Shown: positions 27,483 to 41,914, numbered from the stretch's first letter. The stretch: DNA of 64,000 bases from Octopus vulgaris (GCA_951406725.2 OX597830.1:37758001-37822000), one strand, 5' to 3'. Numbers and translations: made by a program. Notes: a model not told the origin generated them from the sequence alone.

Positions 27483-28330
27483 ATTTCAACCATGTTCATT
27501 GGAGAGAACTGAAGGAAGGTAAAAGATCATCGATTCTGTACCAACACACCGAACAAGAACACGGGGATCAATCAACAACAAAGAAATTTAAATATTGTCC
27601 ACACATAGAACAGATGCAACAATCAGAGAAATTACAGAAGCTACACACATAATAGAAAATAAACCCTAGCCTGAATAGGAAACTGGAATGGAACACTAGC
27701 ACACACTACAACATATGACGGTAGAGGATCCCAATAAACTGGTTACAATATAAACAAAACCGAAAACATTATATATAAAATACACAGATAAATAAACAAA
27801 TAGAAATAAATAACTATATAAGTTTTTTTTTGTTTAATTTAAAAGATTTAAAAAAATTTATTATTACTATTACTAGCATTGTTGTTATGCATACATACAT
27901 ACATACATACATACAAACAAATGTAATGATAATAATAATAAGTGGATGTAAACACATGAACAAAATAAGACTAAACAAAAACAACAACAACAACAAAAAC
28001 AAATTACATGAATGAATATAAACAGAAGATACAAATATTACAGACATCCCCCCACACTAAATAAACATAGACGCACATAGAGATATAAGCATGCGCAAAT
28101 GAAGACATACAATAGAAATACAAAATGGCTAACGGTTAGTAAGGAGAGACACAAATAAGAAAGAAGAAAACAAAGGACCACTGATGAGGTCACAGGAGTG
28201 TGACGAAAGAACTCTGGCCGAAATAAGATTAAGATTAATGTAAAAAATAAATAACACTGAAGCAAAGTAATACCAAATATATAGTGCGTGTGTTTTTATT
28301 GGCTAAACTGGCAAAATGACCTTTCCGAAA
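27483..28330 (+). mobile_element. Penelope-like relic: GIY-YIG C-terminus plus 3' region with hammerhead
   Basis: Broken frames at 27490-27700 give HWRELKEGKR, YQHTEQEHG, TDATIREITEATHIIENK and PSLNRKLEW (the R-x-I-x-EA...LNR pattern of PLE endonucleases). A hammerhead follows at 28175-28219. Confidence 0.65.
28175..28219 (+). ncRNA. Minimal type I hammerhead ribozyme, near-intact
   Basis: GGACCA-CTGATGA-G-GTCACA-GGAG-TGTGAC-GAAA-G-AA-C-TC-TGGCC. Canonical core, 6-bp stem II, predicted cleavage after CUC at 28214. Confidence 0.7.
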
Positions 28331-28394
28331 TATTGCAATATCTGTTTCAACACACGACTTCACATAAAAAATCTTGCACAACAAATATATAAAC

Positions 28395-28441
<47 letters not shown>

Positions 28442-28571
28442 TGTATGTATGTGTGTATGTATATGTATGTGTGCGTGTGTATATATGTATGTGTGTGTGT
28501 GTATGTGTGTATATGTATATGTATGTGTATGTATGTATGTGTATATGTATATATATGTATATGTGTATATA

Positions 28572-28614
<43 letters not shown>

Positions 28615-28663
28615 ATGTGTATGTGTGTGTATGTATATGTATGTATATGTGTGTGTATGTGTG

Positions 28664-28695
<32 letters not shown>

Positions 28696-28855
28696 GGTAT
28701 ATATATATATATATGTGTATATATGCGTGTATGTATATGTATGTATGTACATATGTGTGTGTATGTGTATGTGTATATGTACATATACGTGTGTTTAGGT
28801 ATATGTAGGTACGTAGAGTTATGTATGTGTGTATGTATATGTACATATGTGTAAG

Positions 28856-28893
<38 letters not shown>

Positions 28894-28894
28894 G

Positions 28895-28942
<48 letters not shown>

Positions 28943-29446
28943 AAGTTTATATGTATGTATCCGTCTGTATAATAGGTAACTGCACGTATATATACTTAAT
29001 ATTTATTATTATTTATTATTTATTATTTATTTTTTGAGTATGCATGTATGAATAACTGCACGTATATATAATTTATTACTTATTTTTTGAGTATGCATGT
29101 AAGTATGAACATAAGGAGTGGCGTGTGTGTGTGTGTATGTGTAAGCATAGATATATGTATACTTTTACGCATGTGTGTACTTATGTGTATATATGGATGC
29201 GCGTGTGTGTGTGTGTATGGGTACGCATGTATATGTGTATGTGCGTGTATGTGTATATGTGTATGTATGTGTGTGTGTATATATGTATATGTATGTATAT
29301 GTATGTATGTATATGTATATGTGTATGTGTATGTATTTGTATGTGTATGCATGCGCGTATATGTATGTATATGTATACGTGTGGGTGTGTGTATGTGTGT
29401 ATATATGTATGTATGTATGGGTGTATGTATGTATGTATGTATGCGG

Positions 29447-29488
<42 letters not shown>

Positions 29489-29928
29489 ATGTGTATATAT
29501 ATATATATGTGTATATATATGTATGTATGTATTTGTATGTAGGTGTATATGTATGTGTGTATATATATTTATTGGTGTATACGTATAGACTAGTCTTCTA
29601 AGATTGTAGACATGAATCTGTAGGTACGCGTACGTATGTGTATATACGTGTATGTATGTATGTATGAATATAACGCGTGCGTGCGTGTATGTGTATGAGT
29701 GTACGAATGAGTGAGTGTGCGTGCTAATGAGTGTGCGTGCGTGAGTGAGTGCTTGTGCTCAAGTAGAAAGATAAAAGGGACTAGCTGTCGTAGCCAAGAT
29801 GCTTGTGACCAGCGGTCAAAGATAACAAAAGTAATAAATGAAGATAATAAAATTAAAATTAGGGAATGGATTTGTATTTGTATGTATATGTGTGTATGTG
29901 TAGGTATGAATAGGTACACATATGTATG

Positions 29929-29961
<33 letters not shown>

Positions 29962-30150
29962 GTGTGTATATGTATATATGAGTATATAGGGACTTGTGTG
30001 TTGTGTGTGCACGTGTGTATGTGGATTTGTGTGTGTATGTGTGTATGTGTATGTGTGTGTATGTATATATTTTTTGTGTGTATGTGTATGTGTGGTCGTG
30101 TGTGTGTATATATACATGTGTGTGTGTATATGTATATGCATGTATGTGTG

Positions 30151-30186
<36 letters not shown>

Positions 30187-30305
30187 GATATATGTATGTA
30201 TATGTGTGTGTATATATGTATATATATATGGGTGTGTGTGTATGTATGTGTGTATGTATATGTGTGTGTGTGTGTGTATATATGTATACATATGTGTATA
30301 GGTAT
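28395..30305. repeat. ~1.9-kb mosaic alternating purine-pyrimidine block (TA/TG/TATG)
   Basis: Direct reading. Interrupted by a ~75-bp tandem duplication (28978-29108) and a complex island at 29585-29875. Confidence 0.95.
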
Positions 30306-30531
30306 AAGTGAGAATTTCCTTATTTACCTAAAACTCTATTCTTCTATATATTTTTTTATTCTCTCTCTTTTTTTATTCTTTTATTTATTCTTCTGTCTAA
30401 TTTACCACTGACTCCTTGACCACTCCCCCAAGTATGATTTTTTTGCGCTATGCCTACCCCCAAAAAGTCCCCCACCACCACCCCTTTAAACCTGCCTAAA
30501 TGTATAAATGCCAATACAATTCTTGTTAACT

Positions 30532-30582
30532 AGCTTCCTGAAGATTTCTCTTGAATGAAACAGTTCTAGTCCTGTAGAAGCT
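30532..30582 (+). ncRNA. Type I hammerhead ribozyme, near-intact
   Basis: AGCTTC-CTGAAGA-T-TTC-TCTT-GAA-T-GAAA-CAG-TTCTAGTC-CTG-TA-GAAGCT. Perfect 6-bp stem I, CAG/CTG stem III, GUA cleavage triplet ending at 30576; stem II is weak. Confidence 0.72.
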
Positions 30583-30665
30583 CCTTCTATATAATAAATT
30601 AATTTTACTCTGCTATGTATTGAGTACCTTATTTACTGTGGTTAACCCCGAATCAACCCGGGACC

Positions 30666-30717
<52 letters not shown>

Positions 30718-30781
30718 AGTAATAATAATATTAGGGAGTATAACTCCAAACCTGCGTAGTGTTTTTACTTTTTATATTATA

Positions 30782-31176
30782 CTAGCAATATCGCCCGGCG
30801 TTGCTCGGGTTTGTAAGGGAAATAACTATATAAGCATTTTTAGAGATGTAAAGTATAATAGCTATCTCAATATGGCTAACCACAAAGGGGGAGGTGTTAC
30901 TGTAGCTTTTTACGTTCTGAGATTTTATAATAAATTTTTAGAGAGTTACTTCCCTTATATATGCCAAAAATGCATTAAAAATGGGAAAAATTTATGGTAA
31001 TTGTTTTAAAAATCGTAGATTCATCGTAATGCGCGCTAATACCCAGAATGGCTCGACACGAATCACGACTATAAGATACCCGGTTTTGGTTCAACTGCAC
31101 CGCAAAATGTGGGAGTAGTTAGGAATCTAAATCGCAGGAGACAGACAGCACACAACCTCACTTTTATATATAAAGA
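30782..31176 (-). mobile_element. Non-autonomous Helitron, complete termini
   Basis: Minus strand A|TCTTTATATATAAAAG ... CCCGAGCAACGCCGGG hairpin (30794-30809) ... CTAG|T: 5' TC, 3' CTAG, subterminal hairpin, inserted between A and T with no TSD. Confidence 0.88.
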
Positions 31177-32377
31177 TTTATCATTCATTTTATACTTTTT
31201 GAAAAAATATATATATATATAAATTATATATTATATTAATTATATATATTATTTGTTATTTATGTATTGGTTTATGTCTATCACTGTTTGAGTTGCATAA
31301 TAGTGGTTTTATCTCTAATTCAAATTTTATATATATATACATATACATTTATGCACGCTTACACAGTAATGCAAACACACACATATAGATACGCACAAAG
31401 TAACGTGTATTTTATGTATAATCTTAGGATAATTGTCAACAAACACAACAAAGTCAAAGCGTAGATGTATATCCAGATGTATCCATGCCTGCCGTATACT
31501 TATTCACATAGGAAAGGAACAGATGTAATAATGGATGCGCAGGAGATTCATAAATGTATACCCTTGTTATTTGGGAGAAAAAATGTTGCGTATTTACCAG
31601 TTTCTGTATGAATATACTTGCAAAATTCAAAGTGCTTTGTATTGTGCATTTCAATACATAGTTACTTGACAGATCCCTTTGTGTTAACAGGGATGTACAT
31701 ACACTCACATGGATAGGTCTCCACTTGCACACGAACAGACATAGAACAGACACACAAACACATACATACACACACACACAAACACGCACGCTACTCGTAA
31801 ACTAGCACACATGCACACGCATACCCATATATATGTATAATTTCGTGCAAATACTTATAAAATCTTTACTTCTGTGAGGTGTGATATGTTGTGGTGGAGA
31901 ATGAGAAGGAATGAAATAAAATAAATACTAACTTCCTCCCCTTCAACATCATCATCATCATTACCCTCATCATCATCATCGTCATCGTCATCATCATCAA
32001 CCTCGTCATCATCATCATCATCATCCTCGTTGTCGTTGTCGTCGTCAGCGTCATCCCTATCATGATCAGCATCATTATAATTTTCATTATCATCGTTCTC
32101 ACCGTCATCATAATCAAAATTTCATGTCTTGTATACCACGATGGAATGGGTTACACCCTTATTTAATTTACATCGAATATCTCAATCTCATTTAACATTT
32201 TTGGCAGGGACATTTGCGGGTAGATTTAACCAAATATTTTTCAGTGTATCCTGGAAACATTAGTTCGTAGAGTAATCCAGTTATAGGAATTGAACGCAGA
32301 GTACTTATGCTGAATTATACACCTGTACATGTATATATTTATATATGCAAGCGTTTTTGTATGGTATGTATATTTGT

Positions 32378-32417
<40 letters not shown>

Positions 32418-32432
32418 TTATGTATATGTATG

Positions 32433-32478
<46 letters not shown>

Positions 32479-32534
32479 TATATGTATATATATATACAGA
32501 TATACACACATATATATATATGTATATATATATG

Positions 32535-32574
<40 letters not shown>

Positions 32575-32577
32575 CAT

Positions 32578-32649
<72 letters not shown>

Positions 32650-33645
32650 TTGCATACATGTAATAATGTTGTTTTTTCATAATGCCTATATTAACAATTG
32701 CGGTAGTGTACCACCTATAATGATCGTGACAAGCAGCGTGTTGTTTCCAAACTGTGAATTGCTTTTACTCTAATCGCTTACTGAGGTTTTGATTACTATT
32801 GTCACTTGTGTTGTGCCGATAATTTTAAAATATAATACATCATATGTTTTGTTTATCTTTCATTCAGTATCACATTTCCAAATGGGAAACGCATTAATGA
32901 TTGTTGAACTTCTGTAAATTCTAAATACGATATATAAATATCAGGAATTTATTTACATTATTTCACCTCCAGTTTATATTTAAGCTGTGAGTCAAAGAAA
33001 AAAAAAGCAAAGCAAACAACATCGAAGACATTGTTTCATATTGTATGTTTTTGAATTGCACACAATGGAATATCATACTAGTAGCATATTTCAATTAATA
33101 GAGTAACTATTTAAAATGGTGGTTTCTAAGGTTCATTTATATACAATCATGCACATGAATGCGTTCGTGATTTTCGTTATTGGTATAAACAAAGCGAAAT
33201 CCATAATCACACCTGAGTATCCTTCCAGAACAATGTACATGAACAGGTTATAACAATGATATATATATATATATAATATATCTAAGTATTCATCTAACTA
33301 TAATTAAATAACGAATCTTTATTACCTGTCTCTTTTTTCTTTTATGTATTTACGCGTTTCATTCAATGGTATTGCCCATAAAATGCTACCACGCTGAAGA
33401 GGTTCGGTGATTAAACCGCACCTTGTACATATTTTCATCATAGCTATCGGTAACCTTCTTCTACTGTTAAATTTTTAGAAGCAAAACTATTCTGCAGCAT
33501 TTGCCTAGCTAGACAACGAAACAAGCTAACACTAACTCCCTCCACATCATTCCCCCTTTTTGTGCCTCTCTTTAAATGTACATAGACATTGATATATGTG
33601 TGTGTATATGCATTCATAACAATTTCTCGTTCCCTTGTTATTCTA

Positions 33646-33701
<56 letters not shown>

Positions 33702-33829
33702 TATACATACATACATATCGACACGCACACATACATAGATGCATATGTAAATGTCTGTACATATCGATATATACGTATGTATATATATATGTATGTATAT
33801 ATATAGAGAGATTATTCTTATTATCATTA

Positions 33830-34700
33830 ATATATACTTCCGGTACAGCCAGAGGAACCCTTGGCGTGGAATATATATTTACAGACAATTATTTAACGTG
33901 TAATTTTTTTATGGATCTCTGATCAGTCCGAAATAAGGTGGCAATATTACGTTGAGATCAGAATTCGAGGGGACAAAATTGAGCAGGGCCGTAACTTCTG
34001 TTATATTTAGGTGAAAAGTTATCAAAATATTCTTGGTCTGTAGATATTGTGCGTCACGTGGGCTGGTTCGTTTTCCGATTGTTGTTTGTTCATGCTGTGT
34101 GTGTATGTGCGTGGGCAGCTGGTTTGTATCCTCTGTATAATAGGTATGTGTTCATTGTTATATTTGAGTTTGTTATGCTTATGAGCGTACCTGTACATGT
34201 GAATTCGTAGATTTAATTTACAAAGCCAATCAAGGAAGGTACTTATTGGCTGGTTCTAGAATTTCGGTAGTTATTCCTCTAAATCTTCCAGCAGACATGA
34301 GGTGGAGATTGATGAGCAAGCATCCTAGGAAGATCAGAAGTTCAGGTATTATTGAATTTTAATTCTTGCAATATAGAAACTTCTCAGTAAAGCAAAGAAT
34401 CTATCTCCCGTTTTTTCCTGAAACACGGCCTGAAATCACCAGCAATTTTGCATTGGTATTATATATTTTTTATTTCTTAGACTCACTTCGCCAGGGTCAT
34501 TGTTGTCCTCATTTCCAGATGTTAAACGAAGCAGTATGTAAGTACTACTTGTAGCTTAGACCGGTTTTGCACCACAGCCACATATGTTTTCCACTCTCTC
34601 TTAGTTTGCTTTCAGCTGGTGACATTTTGGCTTCATACATTATACAGTTTACTTTTCATTGATGTTGTAGCGAGCATTCGTCTGTTATTCTGCAAAAACA
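33830..34700 (-). mobile_element. Penelope-like relic: degenerate GIY-YIG endonuclease and 3' region
   Basis: Broken minus frames give ECSLQHQ*KVNCIMYEAK, WKTYVAVVQNRSKL, HTASFN, TLA and LCFTEKFL, resembling the CPL..C...Y.A...Y.G...FK.R...H..SF...LCL.EK pattern. A degenerate CTGATCA...CCGGAA motif lies downstream. Confidence 0.6.
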
Positions 34701-37175
34701 TTTATTTTCTTCAGATGTGACATTCTATGTGATTTTTTTACCTCATAACCCAATACACATCAACCTGACAAAATACTGTAGATAAATAAAATTCTTCCGC
34801 ACAAAAAAATAAAAACAAATTAAGTATTCGAAATAAAATTATTATCGTAGTAACTATTGTGTTACATACCATAAATATTTGCATCGCAATCTCGTGTAAT
34901 ATTGCTTTATAAAACGGAAAAGGGTACGCCTTGTTCCTTTTTTCCAATGTTAGCGTGAGGTAACAACCTAGTCCCTTACTCGGTTTGTAACAGCAACCAA
35001 GTCTCCATAAAAATTCATCCTGCTATCTTAAAAGGAAAAATTGGATTTAAGAATGAATTCCCAGTTTGTAAAGGCTAAAATACATCTCATCGGATGTGTG
35101 CAAAGTCGGAATAGATATAGAGCTAAACAACTGAAAAATAGATAGTATATGATATATAGCAGCGACACGTCACCAATTCACTTCATTGCTGTCAATTTTG
35201 AATAGATAATTTCTTATAATACATACCATTTTACCATTAAGAAAATACTATTTTCATCATTTAATTATAGCTTTTTATGGCTTTGCGATTATAATTCATG
35301 AGAAGTGATATATTTGCATTTTGTTTCATATCGTAATAAACAGTTTTGTAACTTTGAAATCCTTTTTCATTATGTTTTTCATAATATTAAAAAAAAAACA
35401 CATTGCGTTCTGCTGATAAATATGTTGATGCCTTCAATGTGTGTGAATATTTTTGACATTGTATTTTTATTTGGAAATTTTTAGTCAAACTAAACAAAGT
35501 TTCAATATAGAAAGTTTGTCAAAATATGTTGTTTACATCTATTCTGAAAGAAAAAAATAGTGACTAAAACATTAAACCTAACGGTGTCTGTCTCCTGTAC
35601 TCTGAGGAAATGACAAAATCGACAACATAACATATGTCTTTGGTATTCGGTTGAGATAGATATAAGCACAACTTCATACATGAATTGTTATAGTTGTTGC
35701 TGCAAATTCCAAGTAATACAACAAAGATAGAAAAAATACTTATTTAAATCATCTGTCAGTAATTTGAACTCTCCTCCGTAAACCTATCACATAGACAAAA
35801 GCGAACGTGCAATGTAAGAGACAATGAAGAATATGGCGCAAAAACAAGCATTGATCCAACGTTATTTTTCCCGAAATTTATGATTTAATAGGAACTCACT
35901 TGAGATCCCATTTAAAAGATAAAACCACGATACATCTGGAAATGTCTGTCACCTAGAACCGAATGAATATTATGCATCATACTTCATGAGCGATTGATAC
36001 TTGGTATATTATTCTGACGTAATTGACATAGAATAGAACGTATCAATATAATTGAGTATAATGCACAAAAAGAAAGGATTTGTTTTATACGTCAGCTAAA
36101 TGAATCCCGATAGGTGTTCTGTTACCCGATATTTGAAAAAAGAACCTTCTGAACAGTAATAAATATAAATCTATGGCTTTCTAATGCTAATAAATATAAA
36201 CAAATACCTATTGTTCATTCAGGAAACGTCCAGCCAATATAAACAGAATCTGGCAAAATCTTTTAAATAATTCAACTATAACAGCCACTAGTAGATTGTA
36301 CATAGTGTCGAGTATACAAAAGCATACTTTTTTCAGCTTCTTATTAAAAAACATCACATGTTCTGTTTGGTAAATCTACAGTGAGAGCTGGTACTCTTCT
36401 CTCATAGCATGTTTGGATCAATATGGTATATTGCCGATGTCCAATGAAAAGATAACATTAATCTATATTGCAAACCTGTGCCAAACTTTACATGGGTTGT
36501 TAAGAATTAAAAGACAGGAAAATGAATGCTTCCACTGATATTGTTAGATAGTTGTTTTCTGGTGAACAATTCGCAGGCTAGTGGAACGACTTGCAGCAAG
36601 AGTGTAGTCGAAGTATCATTGCACGAGTAATTTTAAAGTCTTATGTTAACAAGAATGATTAAAATTACAATGCATTTATGAAACATTTGTAGATTTCCAT
36701 TTGGAATTAATGACATGTTGTTCGAACGGGGACAAAAAATAAAGATGCCATGACCTCCGAAGGATATGAGAAGGAGTTACTAGTAGTTATAGGGCTATCG
36801 TTATGTTACCCAAACACTGATGATTGCTCTTCAGAGCAAATCCTGTAACCATGGACAGACCAGAAAATTTATGTTTATTAGCATTGATGTGTAGTTATTA
36901 CGTTAGTATTTATCTTTGTTGTTTTCAATTTCTTATTTATAGTATGGCATAGTAACTTTGATGCGTTGCATGATAGAAATATCCTCACGTATTTTACTTA
37001 GTTTGTTCATGATCGAAATAAAAGGGCAGAAATAGGTTAGAATTAAAATAGCTTTCAATAATTTTTATTTTGTAGACCTTTGCAAAATATAGTTGATCTA
37101 GAAACAACAATCATTGCAATAAAAATTATAAATATTCGTCTGAAAAAAGGCACATATACGAAGAATGTAAAAAGC

Positions 37176-37225
37176 AAATATTGGTTAACAATATTACAGA
37201 AAATATTGGTTAACAATATTACAGA
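37176..37225. repeat. Perfect 25-bp tandem duplication
   Basis: AAATATTGGTTAACAATATTACAGA x2. Confidence 0.95.
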
Positions 37226-37896
37226 AAATAGCAGTTTGTTCAGCCCAAATCATAAATAACGTGTAAATTATTTGTATAACAATATTTTTGAGATTATAGC
37301 GTCCTATTATATTTCGATGATAGTTGGATGCAAGTCATAATCTTGTGTCTTAAGTTTTCTAAAGTTTATAGATATTGTTAGAAATGCATATATTTTAACT
37401 TTATTTTTGCATCTTTTACGTTCTCGATCTATAATATACGCTATCAACCGTTGCCTGTACGTCTTCCTCATTCGCTGATGTTATGTATGTGAGGATTACT
37501 ATTCATTTATAATAGAAAACGGCAGCAAACATGTGTAATTTTTCCATTGCAATTGGAAAAAATAAAGAAAAAGACGCGTAACTCGGTGAAGATGGATATA
37601 GAAATTATGTAGTCATGGAAAATATAGTGTAGAAACATACTGAAAATTAAATAGTTTCGAATAATTTATATTCATATAGGGATCAATCAGTCAATCATGC
37701 AATGATTGTAAAATTATACCAGCTATTTCGTTTGTAGTTTACAGAAATGAGCTTCGATTTGTTTTTTGATAATTCACAACAAAATTATCTCCGAACATCT
37801 CTGTATAAAAAAGGATAATGAATCATTATTCATGATAGAAAGCTCAAATCTGTTAGGCGGCTGGGGAAATGCTAAATATATTGAGATACAAAACAT

Positions 37897-38224
37897 GGCT
37901 CAATGGTTAGAGCGTCGAGCTTACGATCGTGAGGTTGTGAGCTCGAATCCCAGACCGGGTTGCGTGTTGTGTTCTTGAGCAAGACACTTTATTTCACGTT
38001 GCTCCAGTTCACTCAGCTGTAGAAATGAGTTGCGACGTCACAGGTGCCAAGCTGTATCGGCCGTTGCCTTTCCCTTGGATAACACTGGTGGCGTGGAGAG
38101 GGGAGGCCGGTATGCATGGGTGACTGCTGGTCTTCCATAAACCACCTTGCCCAGACTTGTGACTAGGAGGGTGACTTTCTAGGTGCGATCCCATGGTCAG
38201 TGTCATGACCGAAGGGGGTCAACA
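37897..38224 (+). mobile_element. tRNA-derived CORE-like SINE (family C) with 9-bp TSD
   Basis: A box TGGCTCAATGG, B box GAGCTCGAATCC and GTTGTGTTCTTGAGCAAGACACTTTA...CTCAGCTGTAGAAATGAG core. ACAAAACAT flanks it at 37888-37896 and 38225-38233. Confidence 0.85.
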
Positions 38225-39006
38225 ACAAAACATATTAATATGGTTTTGAACCGAATTAGACTGGGTGCATAAATGCTTACATATAAATTATTTTCAGTAA
38301 CACAATTAGCTGTATTACAATACTAAACGTAAATATCAGAAACTGATTGCCAAGCAGCAGAATTCAGCTGAGTGGATGCGAGTTTAATATATCGATGTAA
38401 AAAATATATATATTTTAATGCATTTCAGAGAAAAGTTGCGAGAAAGAAGGAGGGAAAGAAATAATTGCAACTTCATGCTTGTGAATACAAATAAATATTT
38501 GCATATATACACCATGTACAAGGATGATGATAGTCATACACTAACAATAAATATTTACAGAAACCTAAATAAGCTAACAAATACTACATAGGCAAACGTG
38601 GAAGAGCACGCATGTAAGTTGTGTTCGGTGGAGACGTTACAAGTCAGAATGCGTAAGTCTGTTTATATGAATAAAGTAAGTGAATTAGTGATGTGTTTTT
38701 TTTAAATTTCCACCAATGAAACAAGGTATATTAAAAAATTCATTTTAGATAAGTGACGAAATTTATGAAGTGTTAATGGTAGCGTTTCCAATCTCCGTTT
38801 TGCTATAACAGTTCACTGATTATTTGCTGTTTCAGCATCTTTAATTCGGCGCTTAATTAATCATTATGGGACTAAACACATTTTTTATTAAATTACAACA
38901 CACTTTGCGTTCAAATTATACGCATTGCCAGTGATTCAAATACCTATGTATTTCAATCTATCAAATTACTTATATTTGTCTCTCACTTTCCCTCTCATCC
39001 GTCTCA

Positions 39007-39044
<38 letters not shown>

Positions 39045-39063
39045 GTCTATCTCACTATCTCGG

Positions 39064-39146
<83 letters not shown>

Positions 39147-39244
39147 CTCTCTCTCTCTCTATATATATATATACGTATATAAACATTTAAACATTTATTT
39201 GTGTAGATAGAGAGGCAGATATATATATATATATATACGCACAC

Positions 39245-39364
<120 letters not shown>

Positions 39365-40152
39365 GTGCTTTAGTTTTATTTTTACTTTTCCATTTATATA
39401 CAAGCTGTGATATTTTAAATAATAAATATAATTCCCCTGTTAAGCGTATGTCTACTTTCTTTAACAATTTGCTTTGATACATACGTTTCTAATTTAATTT
39501 TAAAAACGATTCTCTTTTGACGGTTTTTATTATTGTAGGCTTTGCGTTTGTCTTCTTTTATGTTGTAATTCTCAGAATACAGTTGTGATTCCTTCTTTAT
39601 ATATCTGATTTAAATCTCGACTTCACTTTATTAACTTCCTAAATGTAATGAATTTCATGCTGCAATAAATCATATGTAGAGCAATTAGCCAGACACTGAC
39701 ACCATATATATTCTGATTATGTTTTTCACTAATAGTTAGTCTCTACTATTTATTGCTCTGATCATCTAAGCGAATCCCACGCTGTGTATTTAAAATAATG
39801 AAATTGTCTATGTACACTCTACAAGGTTGTTGTGAATGGTGAATTCGATATTTTGAGATAAAATAACCAGGACCTATATAAGCTTTATATAACTTTTATA
39901 GATTTATATGCGTGGCCGGTACGCTGACTGTTTAATCTATGTTAACATTTATCTAGACGCTTCTAACAGATACATAAATGGCATACTACTACTTTCATTT
40001 CTGTGGTAATGTAACTCAATTTTATTAAACGTATCCATATATACAGTGTAAATATATGTACGTATGTATGTATGTATGTATATATGTATATATGTATATA
40101 CATAGTGCCATACACACACACATACATATATATATATATCTTTCTATTTCAC

Positions 40153-40186
<34 letters not shown>

Positions 40187-40227
40187 ATGTATACATACAT
40201 ATTGATAAATATATATGCATACATGCA

Positions 40228-40620
40228 TGCAAGATGTCTATATAGGGATGACAGAAGTAGCAAAGTGCATTTAGAAAGGCATAGGAAAAATTTGTTTAGG
40301 TTCTTTAAAAATTTCGTACTAAACATTACTATAGGATGGGACTATCGTAGAGTAAATTTTCTTGACCATACCTTCTGTCTTGATACTGGATTATTTGAAC
40401 CCTTCATAGAACAAATGATCATATTAAGTACGTAAATTTAGCATCCAACCATCCACACCCTCGCTTATACGGGGATTAATTAAGTATATTTCTACAAGAA
40501 TTTCTATACTATCCGCTAATAATAAAATTTTCGAATGACATAAAATTTATTGTAATGCTGCTAAAAAATTTAGAAGATCGATGTCATGCTATTTTTAATC
40601 GGCTCACCGTTAAGGTATCC
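40228..40620 (+). mobile_element. Penelope-like reverse transcriptase relic
   Basis: LYRDD...LERHRKNLFRFFKNFVLNITI...VNFLDHTFCLDTGLFEPF, then after frameshifts YVNLASNHP and ISTRISILSANNKIF: PLE RT catalytic motif and thumb. Confidence 0.8.
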
Positions 40621-40920
40621 TACAGTAGCTCTACTAATTTAGAGCAGCGTATACACCGTATAAACCAAAGTAAATTGCAACAACAGTTCAATAACCAGCC
40701 AAAAGACTGCTTTTGACTGCTATTTCTAATATTTTCTGTATGTGGTCAAGCAACTTGTTGCTAAACCCTTATTGTTATGATTATATATATAACAAACTTT
40801 TTTGTATAAGTTTTTATCGAATATGTTTCTTTTCCATATCGAAAAACTACTAAGTGAATTTTGTTAATTTTTATTAAATTAATAAGTTTTCACCCTATAT
40901 CTGTAGTATATATATATATG

Positions 40921-40986
<66 letters not shown>

Positions 40987-41405
40987 TCATGCATATACAT
41001 GTATGTGTGTGTGTATGTCAGGGCATATTTAAGGCGAATATGTTATTGTACTGTTGAACCAAACTTTCTGTCACTCAGCATTTAGTTCGACATTACAATT
41101 CAGAGGATTAGAACAAATTTTCATGTGAACTTCTACAAAAATAAATTGCAGTGGAACTTTATATCCATACATACAGAAATTCAATTCAAGTGAACTAACA
41201 TGGGCATCATACATACAAACGCCAAAACATAGAAACATCCAAATATATGTATATATCCATACATATGTATTCATACAATCATATGTGTATACGAAAACGA
41301 AATGTATATATATACACACACACTCATCTACTAATTTTTTTCTTTCTCTCTAGACCACTGGTAACTAAGATGAATATTATTGGTACCCTAAAATTTTAAT
41401 TAATG

Positions 41406-41456
<51 letters not shown>

Positions 41457-41602
41457 ATCTATCTATCTATCTATCTGTATATCTATATTTATCCATCTGT
41501 ATCATATATATGTTAAGACGCATATTTATATTTTATCTTGGTACTTCTATCAGTTATTAGAGTACGATCATGTATAAATATATATATATATATATATGTA
41601 TG

Positions 41603-41680
<78 letters not shown>

Positions 41681-41786
41681 TAGATAGATAGATAGATACC
41701 AGAGCATTGAAAAATAGAGACAATATTGATGAGGATAATGGTAATTATTAAAGATGATGATAATGATAATGATGATGATGATGATA

Positions 41787-41834
<48 letters not shown>

Positions 41835-41914
41835 GTGATAATGATGATGATGATGATGATGATAACGATGACAACATTTTGCGATAAATAAAAAAATCAA
41901 AGAAAGGAAACGAA

